The notes under the pieces were generated by a model. It saw only the letters and a program-made list of their open reading frames with translations. It did not search any database and was not told the DNA's origin. A program made the position numbers and the translations under genes. This document shows, piece by piece, positions 11,915 to 24,494 of a stretch of DNA of 43,770 nucleotides (positions are counted from its first letter, which is position 1; the number at the start of each line of letters is the position of its first letter). The stretch covers positions 62,001 to 105,770 of the forward strand of contig JYFJ02000877.1 in the NCBI GenBank assembly GCA_000934665.2, given 5' to 3'. This DNA comes from Catajapyx aquilonaris (Eukaryota).

Positions 11915-14900
11915 TACATCGACAAGATATCGTTGGTTTGGTAAGAGTAGGTGGTAGCAAGGTTGGCACAAAGCACACGTATTATATGCACAACATGGTT
12001 AGAAATGGGTAGGCTGGTTTTATGAAGGTTGGGAGTGGTGGGAGGTCGCACAACGCTCGCAGTACAAACACGATGAATGGAGGTCCAAATGTGCCATTAG
12101 GACCCGGCGAAGAACCAACGGTCTGCATGTGTCTATCCTGCATAATTGCCTACCAGTACTTTGTTTTACTAATGTGCATGCTTTCACCCGCTCTCACACA
12201 CCCGAGGTGCTCCCGGATTCCAAAGACTGATGGCATCAATAAGTGGCCAACTGTGGACTCGAGTACCTTTGTCAGAGCCTTTTTTTCCTATTTGGTAGGC
12301 CTATTCGCTGGAGAGAAATGAGCACGTTTCCATAACAACGTGGCTGGGCGCCAAGCGAAGTGGAATCCACACCCTGACATTCTCATCCTGACCATTTTCT
12401 CCTTTTTTTTGTACCGTTCTGATGTAGGGTGGGATGCTGTGCGGGAGTGGGTAATTCATAGCACTTTGCAGATCTCCGGCATAACTGTAGTGGGGGATTT
12501 TGCAGGAGAAGAGGAATAAAATAATCAGGAAAAACCGAAGAGCAGAAACAGGGTAGATTCGTTTGGAGACACGATTTGACTCTCAACTTGGCATCGCAAG
12601 GGGATAAAAGCTAGGAGAAATGCGCTCATTTGTTCACCGCTCCTGTACACCCCACAGCCCCCTTCCTAGTTTTTGGAATGGAGGAGAAACAGATGGCTGC
12701 AGAGGTTTTCCGAATCGTACTATCTCATGCAAAATATCCCTCCCGGGATTGTGGTCCTTTCAAGTCAGATCGATTCCATCGGAACTTGTAGTTTATTTTT
12801 CTTCGCCTACACTCCCACCATTTTCTGGTCGAGCGCTTCTGGAATCTATACTGCTGTACTAGGCTGCTCCAACCGGCTACTGGCTGGTCGTTAGATGGGA
12901 TATGACGTGTTACACCCAATGCTTTAGCTGTTCAACACACTCTGGCTGCGGCCTATAACCCTTTTTCAACTAGTTTGCAAACTTGCAAATTCACAGCTTG
13001 TTAGAAAAAAAGAGTTTCCTCTGGGTATATAGAACCGGGCAAGGACAACAGATACCCAGCTTTTCTTGTCACCGGCTGCAACGTACGTTTTCCTCATTGT
13101 TGATGCCGTATAGCCAAGCACGGCACTGTCCTTCGTTCCAGTCATGTTTCATGATTGAGAACGTGATACACTCATTCTCCCTTCGCTGCAACACGCTGTA
13201 TCTTGTCCTGTGGAGCTTCAAATTCGGGACTGGATCAAGGGGCGCAACGTTTGCAACACACGTGACCTGCAACGGGAATGCATCCTGAGGGACTGTTGGC
13301 AAGTACGTGTCCCGGAATTCTGTGTGTGGGAGGGGATAAAAAATTGTCCGGAAGTGGGACTCACGCCTAGGAAATTCAGGCATGCATTCTGAACTCGGAA
13401 ATAATATTGTCAACTTTTTTGGTTCGTATTGTAACAAGTACAGTCACAAGCAAAAGCGAGGGTCTCGATCTTTATTTACGTTTGCCGTGGTCAGGCTATA
13501 CTGTACAGAAATAATTATGTGCAAGTCATATGAGGCTATACATCTTTGATCTATATAATTTAACATTGGGGATTTTATCATGGCACACCGCTGTTTGTTG
13601 GATTGTGTTGATCAGGATTTTGGTCGGTAAGTGCCTAAATTAATTATCTCGACTTCTTTACCTGTGCACTTTCTAAATAATATTTCAGGCAACTTGTTTG
13701 CCGTACCCGAGTTCCTTTACAAAAGCCTTGGCATCGGTTGCCATAACGACGCGACGCCTCGAAACAAATACGTCCTTTTAGGATCCGTGGAACATCTCTA
13801 GTTACCTTGTGAACTCGTGTCATAAGAATCAAACAGCCTACCTATATACACGCCAAAATATATGACTGTTTATCTTCAGAAGGAAGTGGCACTATAGTTG
13901 AACGTATTTTTGAAACGAATTTTGTGTCGTTTCGGGATGGGGCAAAATATTTCAAGTATGAATATAATTATTCTCTCCCTTACCTGACGACACATTCCTC
14001 ATGAGTTATCTGCACGCAGGGCGGGCCCTGATAGTGTCACAGGATGCGAGTAATGCCGGCGGGTGTCCGTTGCGCTGGGGGGGTCATCCAAGACCGGCAG
14101 CTTTGCAGCGCAGTAATGTACAAGCCGCTCTCCGCCTGCTATCGTAATTAAGATGGACTTCAAATGAGCTGTTTCCGTGCAAGTGCTGCCTGCACTAGAT
14201 ATCCGAGATGGGGAAACTTGAACGACGTAGATTCATTTCCTGCTTTCGTATGAAAGCAAGATTTTTTTATCGATTTAAAAAAAGTGTTCGCGTGTGGCTT
14301 TGTGCTGGTCATCTGCTTTATACGAAATAGCGACATTGCAATTGGTGAAGCAAGTCGTGTTTCATTTTAGGATATGGGTGGTTTGTCTTGCAGTTGTTAT
14401 CCTATAGGTTGACACGGACGTCATTGTGGTTCAGATCAACCATAGGTAGTTCTCAAAGACTGACAGCGACGCTCGCCTGAACCATTTTCGTGACGGAGAC
14501 GATAATACTCGTAGTTAAGAGTGGGCTGAGCAAATGGCATGATTTCTAATGATATACAGTTGGTTGGCAGGTGGTCCAAAATGATGCGCGTCAGCGATTT
14601 GGACGTTTTAAGGCGTGAGAAACAGTCAGCTGAAATGCCGAACTCTGGGCGTGGAATAATTCAGGCATTTGCATCCGGGATGAGCGTTTCCATTTTGAGG
14701 TGGCCTCAGCGTTTCATGTTTGCTGCCTGAATGGATGTCTTAATTGCTACCCACCTGCATTACTGACGACGCCTGTAGCACTATGATACAGCAGTCAAGA
14801 CGGGACCTCGGACGGGACGGGGGATGCCGTTGTTATTAATTATCGGTAATCGAATTGCTTTCATCGTGGCTGTTCATTTAAGCTTGCTTAATGAGGCGAG

Positions 14901-16062
14901 ACACGTATTTCCAGACACACGACTACTCATCCAACCAATCGATCTGATGGAGCAATTTCGATTCGTACCGCGGATAACAAAGAAAAGGTAATGGCGGTTT
15001 GTTTCGTCGGTTCAGGCCACTCCTTCACTGGGGCCTTTTTCACTCAGCTCAACTCCATCACAATAGCCCAAGGGATGACCACTCTCATTTACCACGGGCT
15101 CTCTAAATAGCTTCTAGGAAAGGAAGTCAAAAGCAAACTATAGAAGAATGAAAGTGCTCGTCTCAGAGACTTTTTGTGTAGGAAACCTGACTTGGGATGA
15201 GGATTTTGCTTCGTGCATTATCTAGCTTGGAACATATATTGGCCAATCATGTACCTATAAGTATCTTTACAGTCATGCTTAAGGACTTCTTGCACTATTT
15301 GCCCTTCAATCTGATTCTATAGCTGTCGACTTCAAAGGGAAGGGATGTAATATTATTAAATGTACGTATGACGTTTTCTAGAACATGACAGGCGCTGTCG
15401 ACGTTTTATTAATGTAGTAATATTACAAACAGTAGGCGACAATACCAACATAGCCCAAAAGTACTTGACATAATTTTTTCTTACGTCAACATCAAACTTT
15501 AGGCTTAGGAAAATATTTGTTTGATCATCTGGGACACATGCAACTCAATTTTGTACGCACTAGACATGTATAAGAGGAGTTAATATTGCTTCAACGACAA
15601 TTATTATAATTCCGCATCCTAAAATTAGCTTTTTTTCGAATAAGTTTTGTATAGCTCTTCCTGAGAGTGCAAATTCTTTCCTAGTTGAAATATAAATGGG
15701 TGGCCTTAGAAGTAATGCCGTAGCCAGTAGGGCATTCTCGGAGTTTCTACGAACGTGAGCGAGTTTAACTTGGGCTTTTCTCTTAAAGAGCAATCTAGTG
15801 AGGTGAACACGTATTACAAATTTGAAAGTTCACCCGAGTCGCAACCTTCTTGCTGCTGCAAATCCTATTTGGAAACCGTAAAGCCAGACACCCTAATTTG
15901 CATACTTCTTATCGCTAAGCCTTTTGCAAGACGCACATCCTACACGTATTCATTACGAGACATAAAGGTTATCTTGGAGCCACGAGCAAGACAATCATAT
16001 TCACCAGCAGATGACACCATTTGCACTCCAATAACTTTATATCGGAATGTCTTTTATGCTTT

Positions 16063-16065
<3 letters not shown>

Positions 16066-16109
<44 letters not shown>
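16066..16109. repeat. (AAT)n microsatellite
   Basis: About 14 perfect units. Confidence 0.95.
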
Positions 16110-19100
16110 GGCCTAGTGTCTACTTGACAACACCTTCCTTTAAGCGTATGCTTACTCTGAAGGCATGTAATAATGATTGCAAGGCTTTGTGGTAGAGAAC
16201 CGACAACGACATATAGGGCGTGTTATTAGGAAAATTAAAATCTGTTTCCTAGTTGATGGAAGCCTGGTCATACAACCTTGGTTTCATATACGAGGTGGAA
16301 TGCCTGCCAGCAGGATTGTAAATAAAGCCGCGCCTAATCGATAACAATGTGGCACATACTCTACGAGTATACAGTATGTAGCCCAACCGGAGAAGCAGTC
16401 TTCCGCGGCAGGTGGCTTTCGTAAAACCCGCATTGTTAGAAATATCAGCCTATCCCGCTCTCACTGCTTCCGGTCAATGCTTCAAGTCAAATCGGGCTTC
16501 TGGAATGAGTTCTCATATATAATATAATCGGAAATGAACTTTCATCCGCTTCATGACTGTAAGCTGCAGTGCATATTTTCAAAAGGGGAGCGCTTATCGT
16601 TGTGCATTTTGTGGCCCTTTCCTGTATCTACTACGATTTTATCACACCTAAAATATTAGCAATTGTGCTTGAGTCTAATGGTTGGTTGAGACATCTGATG
16701 GCATAAATGGCCCCTGCCCCTGGTATAATGCAATTACGTTGTTGACGAAGCCTGATAGACAGCAACTTGTGCCACATAGTCATAATGATGTGCACTGGTA
16801 TTTCTCCCAGGTTAATGAGAAGAAACGCGGCACAATGCATCCGCAACATGGGGTCATATCCCCAGGTGGTCGAGTCGAGGCGCATGTTTTGTTCCTTCTT
16901 GCATGGTCGGTCGGTCGGGTGCGGTTTCATCCAACTCAGGCTCTTAGCAGCGAGGTCCTAATGAGCTTATTAAACTGCCTTTGTTGCCGCTCCGAAATGC
17001 GGTCTTTCTCGGTCTACCTCAAAAATTAAGTCAGGGCAGCGCAGAAGGGGCAAGTCTGCCGACTTCTACAACCAAACATTCAGCCCTGGGACTTACTACA
17101 CCCATCTACGTCAGTAAACATATCCTATATAGACCTATACGGTAATTTCGCCTCCGTCATGTCGTACCGGTATAGAATTAGAGAAGGAGCAGTGTACGCC
17201 ATCTACAGATTTCCTTCCCAACTTACATCACCTGTAGTCACCCGGTAAAATGTTTCCCGACCGTCACGTCGGGTGCAAATAATAATAATAATCATCATCG
17301 ATCATCGGGAAATCTAGAAAACTTGGTACCATAATTCCGAGTTCACTTGGCTAATAATAATATGATACAAGTAGAGGCTAAAGAATGAGCAGTTCCAATT
17401 CTTCGAAATCTTATTTCTCGTGGTCCTCCAGCCTCTCTCGGAGCCTCAATAAAGCGGTCTAGGTCTGATTGCATTTTCGGGACTCGGAAGAATGAAGGTT
17501 CCGCGTGGAATTTCTTGTTAAATGTGAATTTATGTCTCGGCAGCTGTGTGACCGGGGAACCGCATTTCGTTGTTTGAATATTTTACCGTGGCAAATGTTT
17601 AACGATTTCAATGTAATGTTCCTGAAAGAACTGCAATCAAGTGCTCTCCATATAGGCTGAAACAAGGTTTTGAAATCTTTAGCTGCACCAGAAGTTCAAT
17701 TTTGGCCCATATTGTCGTGCCAACAATATATGGTCGTAAAGTGACCGTTTCTGGTACTATGTAGAATTTGTCGTCGTTTAAGCGAATTTTTCGGTTTCAT
17801 GGATAAAGGTCCGCTAGTTCTGCGAGCACCAGTGCATAAGAAAGCTTTTTTGTACGATAATGACAGCAAAATGGCACCAAAGTTGTTATTCTCACCCCAG
17901 TACTTGATTTGAACGTGTCGACAGATCACTTGAACCCACTTGGAATCTGATAATGGTCTTGAGTGGATTTGCGTGCAGGTAATTCGAGTCGGAAGCATAG
18001 CTTTTTGGAGGACCGAATCGTGCAGCTCGTCACTTTAACCCTGTGAAAAAAGCAGGGGTGGAATCGGAATACCATTATGATTTTTCTCTTCTTTATTACC
18101 GGCGATGTACGCCACTTTTTTGGGAGAGTTGCACGCTAGCCTATGCAGTAGGGTACTGCAATTTCGCGCATGAAAAATGTCGGCACTGACGTGCGTTTTA
18201 ATTATTTCGTGTGCAGCGATATGAACGTCCTTTTCTCCCTGGCGGTGGGGAAATTGACACATGAATGATGGCAGGCATGGTTACACTCATGATAATGACA
18301 GCCATTATTTTTGTGATGCTGATGATATAGATTGTTTCGAGTTTTATTTCATGATTTCTTATTATTTTCCACCTCGCTATTTCTTGGAGCCATACACCAA
18401 CATTGTTCTGGCCATATCTGCAAGATATGACAGGATTTGAGGGGCCCGACTTAAAAAAAATTGATGTTATTCGACGTGCTGGAATCCTCCTGGTCCCAGC
18501 CAGCACTGGCTCCCAGGGTATTATTCCACGGGCGATTATCCGGTAACTTCTACATGGGTGCACCTGCATGGAAGTCGTGTCTGGTCCTGATTACAGGTTA
18601 GATTCGATTCCACTCTGTATGAAAATGAAGAAGGCCGTACCTGAATCTCTCAACTATTATACCCAAGTTTTCTCTTTTGCTTTATGGCGAATGGTTGACT
18701 TTGGGCCCGAGTTTTCCTGCTTTGAATGGGGGTGGGGATTTGACCCGGGATCTCCCTAGAGGGGATTCACAGGCGTCAACTATAAGAAAGGACGGATCTC
18801 TGTCTACAAGCTTTATTATGCTAGACGTCGCCCAGTTCCTTCCCCTTACTCCAAACTTGCTGCATTGAGTGTGTCTCCAGAGAAATTAACCATTACCATC
18901 AAGTTATCGGCTCACACTTGTGACACCCCTCACTAGATGGCAGTGGCGTCTGGGTGTGGACCTGGTGGGGACTGGGGAGGACTCTTTTGCATGAGTCAGT
19001 CGTGAGATGGCCTGGCTTCGGGCCGGTCTCATAAATGGGTTGCTCTTAACATGTTGTATTATTGCGCCATGACCACCACCCCGAGTGACCTGGTCAGGAG

Positions 19101-20801
19101 GGATGACCTGAAGAGATCACCCCTCACACACTATAGTTGACTACTCTGTAACACATGACTGGGCGTATCCTATCTTATTTAGAAAATTCACCTACTCTCT
19201 CACGTCCTTTTTTCCTCCACTCTGCCTGCATCTTTCCATTGGTCGATACGAAGGGGGTAATAAGACTACATCCTCATTTTTATTTGTAAGCACCTACCAG
19301 TCCGAGTTCCATGCGCGAAATCCTTCCACCCCAGAAATTCGGAATGCATGTGGGAATTCAATAGGACTCGGCATCCTATAAATAATAACTGGTGTCTCAT
19401 AAAATTCCACGTGACGCTGGCACAGCAACTGACAGCTTAGTTATGGCGGCCAGTTGAGGTTAATTGCGAGAGGGAAGGTGTGGTACTAAATAAAGGATTG
19501 CATGCTGCCTGGGTAAAAAAAAAAAACAACAACCCTGGATTGAACCCAGCACAGGCGGAGCTCATGATGTTTTCAAGAGGACAGGTAATTAAAATGAGAT
19601 TGGGTTTTCTGGGGAATTTATTTTTGACGCCGCAAATTATGTGTAATTGTTAGTGACCCATGCCTGTAATGGCAGCTTTACTTTAACACACTGACAAAAA
19701 CAGAGCAAAACTATTAGGCTGACAGAATTGAGGTTATCTCAACCAAAGATTTGGCAGGACTTGTATTAACTTTCCGATTGGGTTGAATCACACACTATTT
19801 TTGGCTGGTTCAACTAAATACATTTTTGAGTGCAGCTTTCTCACTTTCAATGTGGTTACTTTTTCCCATTCACTTCACTCGAGGGAGGGAATGGAAATAT
19901 TCGAGCTCGATTATTTCAAGTGTCAGTTGAAATGCATCCGGTTAGGTTAGGTCCTCCCTCCCCGCCATCCCCCTCCTCCCCTCAGCGTTGGCAGCCAAGA
20001 GGGGGGAAAAAAAGGAATGAAATGCGCTAATGGAAAATCCATTTCCTTTGGTTCTCCAGCCTCCCTAATCCATTACCAGTTCCCTCCCATCATTTTTAGC
20101 CGAGGATCATCGACGTTGGAGCCAGCCGCGCAGTTTAACCCTGGGTTGGAAAATCGTTCCAGAATAGGCACAATTTTTACCCCAACAATAATTAATATAG
20201 GAATTGTCATATTTAATATTGCAATAAATTTGCGAACAATTGAACCCCTCCCTCGAAGAAGGGTGTATGTAACAAAAGTGAAGTTTAGAGAAAAACGGAA
20301 AAAAACTGGGTTGAATAACCAACCTTATTATGGGACAAGCTATACCTTTCGAGCTCTGCTGTGATGAGCGAAATTGCCACAGACGGACCCAGGTGGTATC
20401 ATATGATGGAGCGGACCTTTTCCACTGGCCAGTTCAATTTCAGCAATTTTGCGACATACACCCTTCTTCGAGGGAGGGGTTCAATTATTGCCTATATTAG
20501 GCAAGAGAAACTGTTGAGCGGGATGGGTTTCAGATGGCATTAAAAGTGCGCATATATGTGTCGGTTGTGGTATGAAAACCGATGCTGATGGATGAAACTG
20601 GCCGATTTTTAATTTAGAATTTTATAGGTCAATGGGCAGAAATCTGCCCCCAGGATCACGCGGGGCGGGCAGGATTTTGAGATGATCCTGATTCCATTTG
20701 GGCGTGCAGCACATACGATAGCTTTTGCAAATGTTGAATGAGGGTGGCAACAGATGAAAGCGTGACAAAAGCGGATTTAAAAAAAGATCCATCTAGGAGT
20801 A

Positions 20802-21720
20802 CCGTCAAACGGGGTGAGATTGTGCCACTTTTGGAGGGTTTTCTGGCAAGCAAACCAGAGTAATAATTGATATATCGGAACGAATATTTTACAAAACATT
20901 GCTGCGCATCTCACCTTTCAGATCATACATGAAAATAATTTTTATAACGTAAGGGAGGGGAGATATAAATTCTTTTCCGTGCCACAATTTCACCCCGTCG
21001 AGTGGGGTGAGATTGGGCCAGCCTATTTAATGCTTGAAATAAATAGGAAACTAGCCATGGGTATACTGTCCGTAAAAATTAGCATCTTTAATATGCGAAG
21101 AAGAATATGCATGAAACATGGTGCAATTAGTTAAAAAAGTGCAGGTGACGAGGCGAGAGTGTGCCTCTGTTTTTCCCAGTTTTCTCCCATTATTTCCATG
21201 ATTTTCATGTGTGGCAGTGATGGGAAAGGTTGACGTGAAGATGATCGGTCGGAAAGCTTTGGCAGTTTATGGCTAACAAGTAACAAGTCTGCGATGAAAA
21301 AAAGAGCGGATAATTGGATGTGAGCAAAGCGATCAGACGAGAAGTAGCCTACTGCAGCTAGCGCCACGGCGACGAAAGAGAACATAGTACCTGATCGAAT
21401 TGGAGCGTGAACTGGAGAATAAAATCGGATGGCCTACGTCCGCGAAAACCAAACTGGGTGGAGGAAGGGAAAAATTAATATGAATGCATTTTTTTTCGTA
21501 AGTTTGAGCCAGTGACTCGGACAGATCATGCCTGTGAATATAAACAATGCTGCATTTTATGAAGATGAAGGAGTTCAGGGGTGTCCTTGAAGTGCCTGTA
21601 AACATCACTTGATTCATAACTTGGTATTTTTATTGACGACTCCCCTCATGACGGGGAAGAAACAGCTTTTGTTCTCTACGAACCGAACCATTTAAAGCAA
21701 TCCATCCCTAATCACCTTCA
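20802..21720. mobile_element. pogo/Tc1-mariner-like non-autonomous element, partial copy 1
   Basis: Begins ta|ccgtcaaacggggtgagattgtgccac. Its first ~200 bp is a diverged direct repeat of 21738-21935, and 21180-21720 is an inverted copy of 23764-24283. Confidence 0.75.
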
Positions 21721-22330
21721 AAGTCTTACCAGTAATACCGTCAAACGGGGTGAGATTTTGCCACATTTTGAGGTTTTTCTAACAAGAAAACCAGAATAAT
21801 TGATGCATTGCAACATGATTTTTAAGCAACATTGCTGCACATCGCACCCTTCTGTTCATGTGTGAAAATAATTGTTATACTCTAAGGGAGGGTAAATATA
21901 AACTTTTGTGTGTGGCACAATCTCACCCCGTCTGATGGGTAATGTTGTAGTGCTCCACCACATCATGGCCACGTCATCTGTAATGTCACATTTATAACCA
22001 CCCAAACACCACTCATAAGACAACTGAAAAATTGAAGGGGTCGGTGCAATACCGCCCTAACCCTCCCAAACCTGATTTCGAGAAAACCGCATTTGAAAGT
22101 TTGAGATGAGCCATAAATCACATTTTCCATGGGACAATTTTCATTTCTACCCCAATATACAAGGCACTAATAAGGAACATTTACGTGCTATTATGATGAT
22201 GATGATGCACCACCCACTCTAAGAATGAACAAAATAAGGTGGCCGCGTGTGAAAAAATGGCTTAGGGCAGTATTGCACCCAACTTGTAATGCGAACTAAA
22301 TTGGTCAAGAACGTATCACAAGTTAGTTTA

Positions 22331-23056
22331 ATGTTCATATAAATGATATCAAATGAACTGTCGTGAGATGAGGAACATTTTGGTGGCAACTGGTTTAACC
22401 TAGATTGTAAAATTTAAAAATGTTAAAAAAATCGCATTATTGAGCAAAACGGACACATATCATATTGTCCAATGTCATGGTTAAACACATGCTAAGGGTG
22501 TGGAATTAATATGGTAGGTATACATTGTCATCTGATCATTACTATACTGTCGAAGGACAACATCACAGGTCAAGCAGTCTTGGAAATAAAACTTCTGAAA
22601 TGTCTGTTTTCCACTAATTTGGTCATCTTTGGGGTCATTTTTCTCAGTGTGGGGCTGGGTCAATTTTTAAGTTATCGCAGAAACGTCTTTTCATGCATAA
22701 CATAGAGGTATAAAAACTGTTCACTTACCATGAATGGTTCACTCGCAACATCAAATAACGTGGAGTAGCCTATAGAGGGCTTTTTCCGACATTTCAGATT
22801 TATTATCTCCAAGTCTGCTTGACCTTGATGTTGTCCTGCAGTAGTAATGACTACTGATGATCAGATGACAATGTATCTACCATATTAATTCCACACGCTT
22901 AGCATGTATTTAACAATGACATTCGACCATATGAAATGTGTCCGTTTTGCACAATAATGCGATTTTTTTAGCATTTTTATTTTACAATCTAGGTTAAACA
23001 TGTTGCCACAAAATGTTCCTCATCTCACAACAGTTCATTTGATATAATATGAACAT
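22331..23056. mobile_element. Fold-back element with ~200-bp inverted arms, nested in the Sola-like element
   Basis: 22331-22539 is the reverse complement of 22857-23056 with few mismatches (e.g. ggtttaacctagattgtaaaa / ttttacaatctaggttaaac). Confidence 0.85.
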
Positions 23057-23262
23057 GAGGGTACAACAATAATTTCACCTGAAATAAATGGACCTTCGAA
23101 TCCGGCTCCATTGTTGCTGAAAGACGTTGCCATATCTCCGTGGGATTTTCACCTGGGAGGCTCTTAACTTTATTTTTGGCAACCCTTCAATGATTTTTGT
23201 ATCAAATTATGAGATGGTCGAGCCACCAGTTGTCTGTCTTGACATGGAATGACCCAACTACG

Positions 23263-23334
<72 letters not shown>
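23263..23334. repeat. (ATT)n microsatellite
   Basis: About 24 perfect units. Confidence 0.95.
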
Positions 23335-24354
23335 TTGCTGCAATGGACTACTACTTTGCACATCATCATTATCAGGATCGAACTCGGAATCTTAGGTACT
23401 CTCATCCACATCGGTGTCATCAGGCAAAAGCTCACTATTTAAGCCCAACTCGTGAGACACAGCTGCTCGCAGGTGCATCCTGCGCGCTGCAATATTTGAA
23501 GACGGAGGGTTAGGGCGGTTTTGCTGCAGAAAAGGCATTCATAACCTTGGAGCAATAAAAACATTGTTTGATTTCTCACCGACAAATGGCAGAAACTGGA
23601 CAATCTCAGTGTACTTTATTAGATATTTGAGTGTAGTATATGGAAGTGCGCGAAACTCAATTTGTGTCATTTGGTGGGTTAGGGCAGTATTGCACCGACC
23701 CCTTCAATTATTGGGCAGAGTAGCCTTCTCATGGTATGTTCCCACGAAACGGCTAAATAACTGTGAATGGGATTAGGAATGGCCTGTATTGAATGTGTCG
23801 TGGAGAACAAAGACGGGTTCTTCGCCGTCATGAGGCAATTCGTCAAAAAAAATGCCAGGTTATGAATCAAGTGATGTTTACAAGCACTTCAAGGACACCC
23901 CGGTACTCCTTTACCTTGAAAAAACACACTGTTTATAGTCATATGTATAATCTGTCCAAGTCACTGGCTCAAAATTATGAAAAAATGCACTTTCATTAAT
24001 ATTTCCCTTCGGAAAAGGGCGCCGTACATGGGCCACCGATTTTTATTCGTCCGTTCCACGCTCGCGGTCGGTTCGATCAGGTTCGATGTTCTCTTTCGTC
24101 GCCGCGACTAGTGGCGCTATAGCTGCAGTACTACACGTCTGTCGCTTTGATCACATCCAATTATCTACTCTTTTTTTCATCGCAGAATGTTGGGCTTGAT
24201 TTTCCCCAAAACCTCCCACCGATCTTCCGGTAAACTCCTCTCATTACTGTCACACATGAAAATCAGTGAAATAATGGGAAAAAGCGGTGGCACAATGTCA
24301 CCCCTTCAAGTCCCCCCTTTTCATTCATTGGGTCATAGCTCAAGATCAAATGCA

Positions 24355-24494
24355 GGGGTGGATTCATCAAAATTAATGCCGTAAGTCAAATTTTCGTCGT
24401 AACTGGTAGTAACCATAGTTACTAGTAATAATTAACTATGGTTACGACAGGTTACGTCGATAATTTGACTTACGAAATTTGATGAAGCCACCCC
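24355..24494. mobile_element. 140-bp palindromic hairpin MITE
   Basis: ggggtggattcatcaaaatt..cgtaagtcaaatt..gtaaccatagtta pairs with taactatggttac..aatttgacttacg..aattttgatgaagccacccc. Confidence 0.8.

Larger units (their letters stand above)
22034..23705. mobile_element. Sola-like DNA transposon relic (AATT TSD), nested
   Basis: 30-bp TIRs gaaggggtcggtgcaataccgccctaaccc / gggttagggcagtattgcaccgaccccttc (1 mismatch); AATT at 22030-22033 and 23706-23709. The superfamily is inferred only from the AWWT TSD. Confidence 0.7.

Noticed and set aside
12022..13437. Cluster of ORFs with coding-like composition, a possible nested gene or old transposon
   Set aside because: Stops occur in all frames and no family is recognisable; BLASTx would be needed.
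23170..23442. Poly-N and poly-I ORFs (also at 15755-16195 and 34827-35084)
   Set aside because: They are artefacts of trinucleotide microsatellites.
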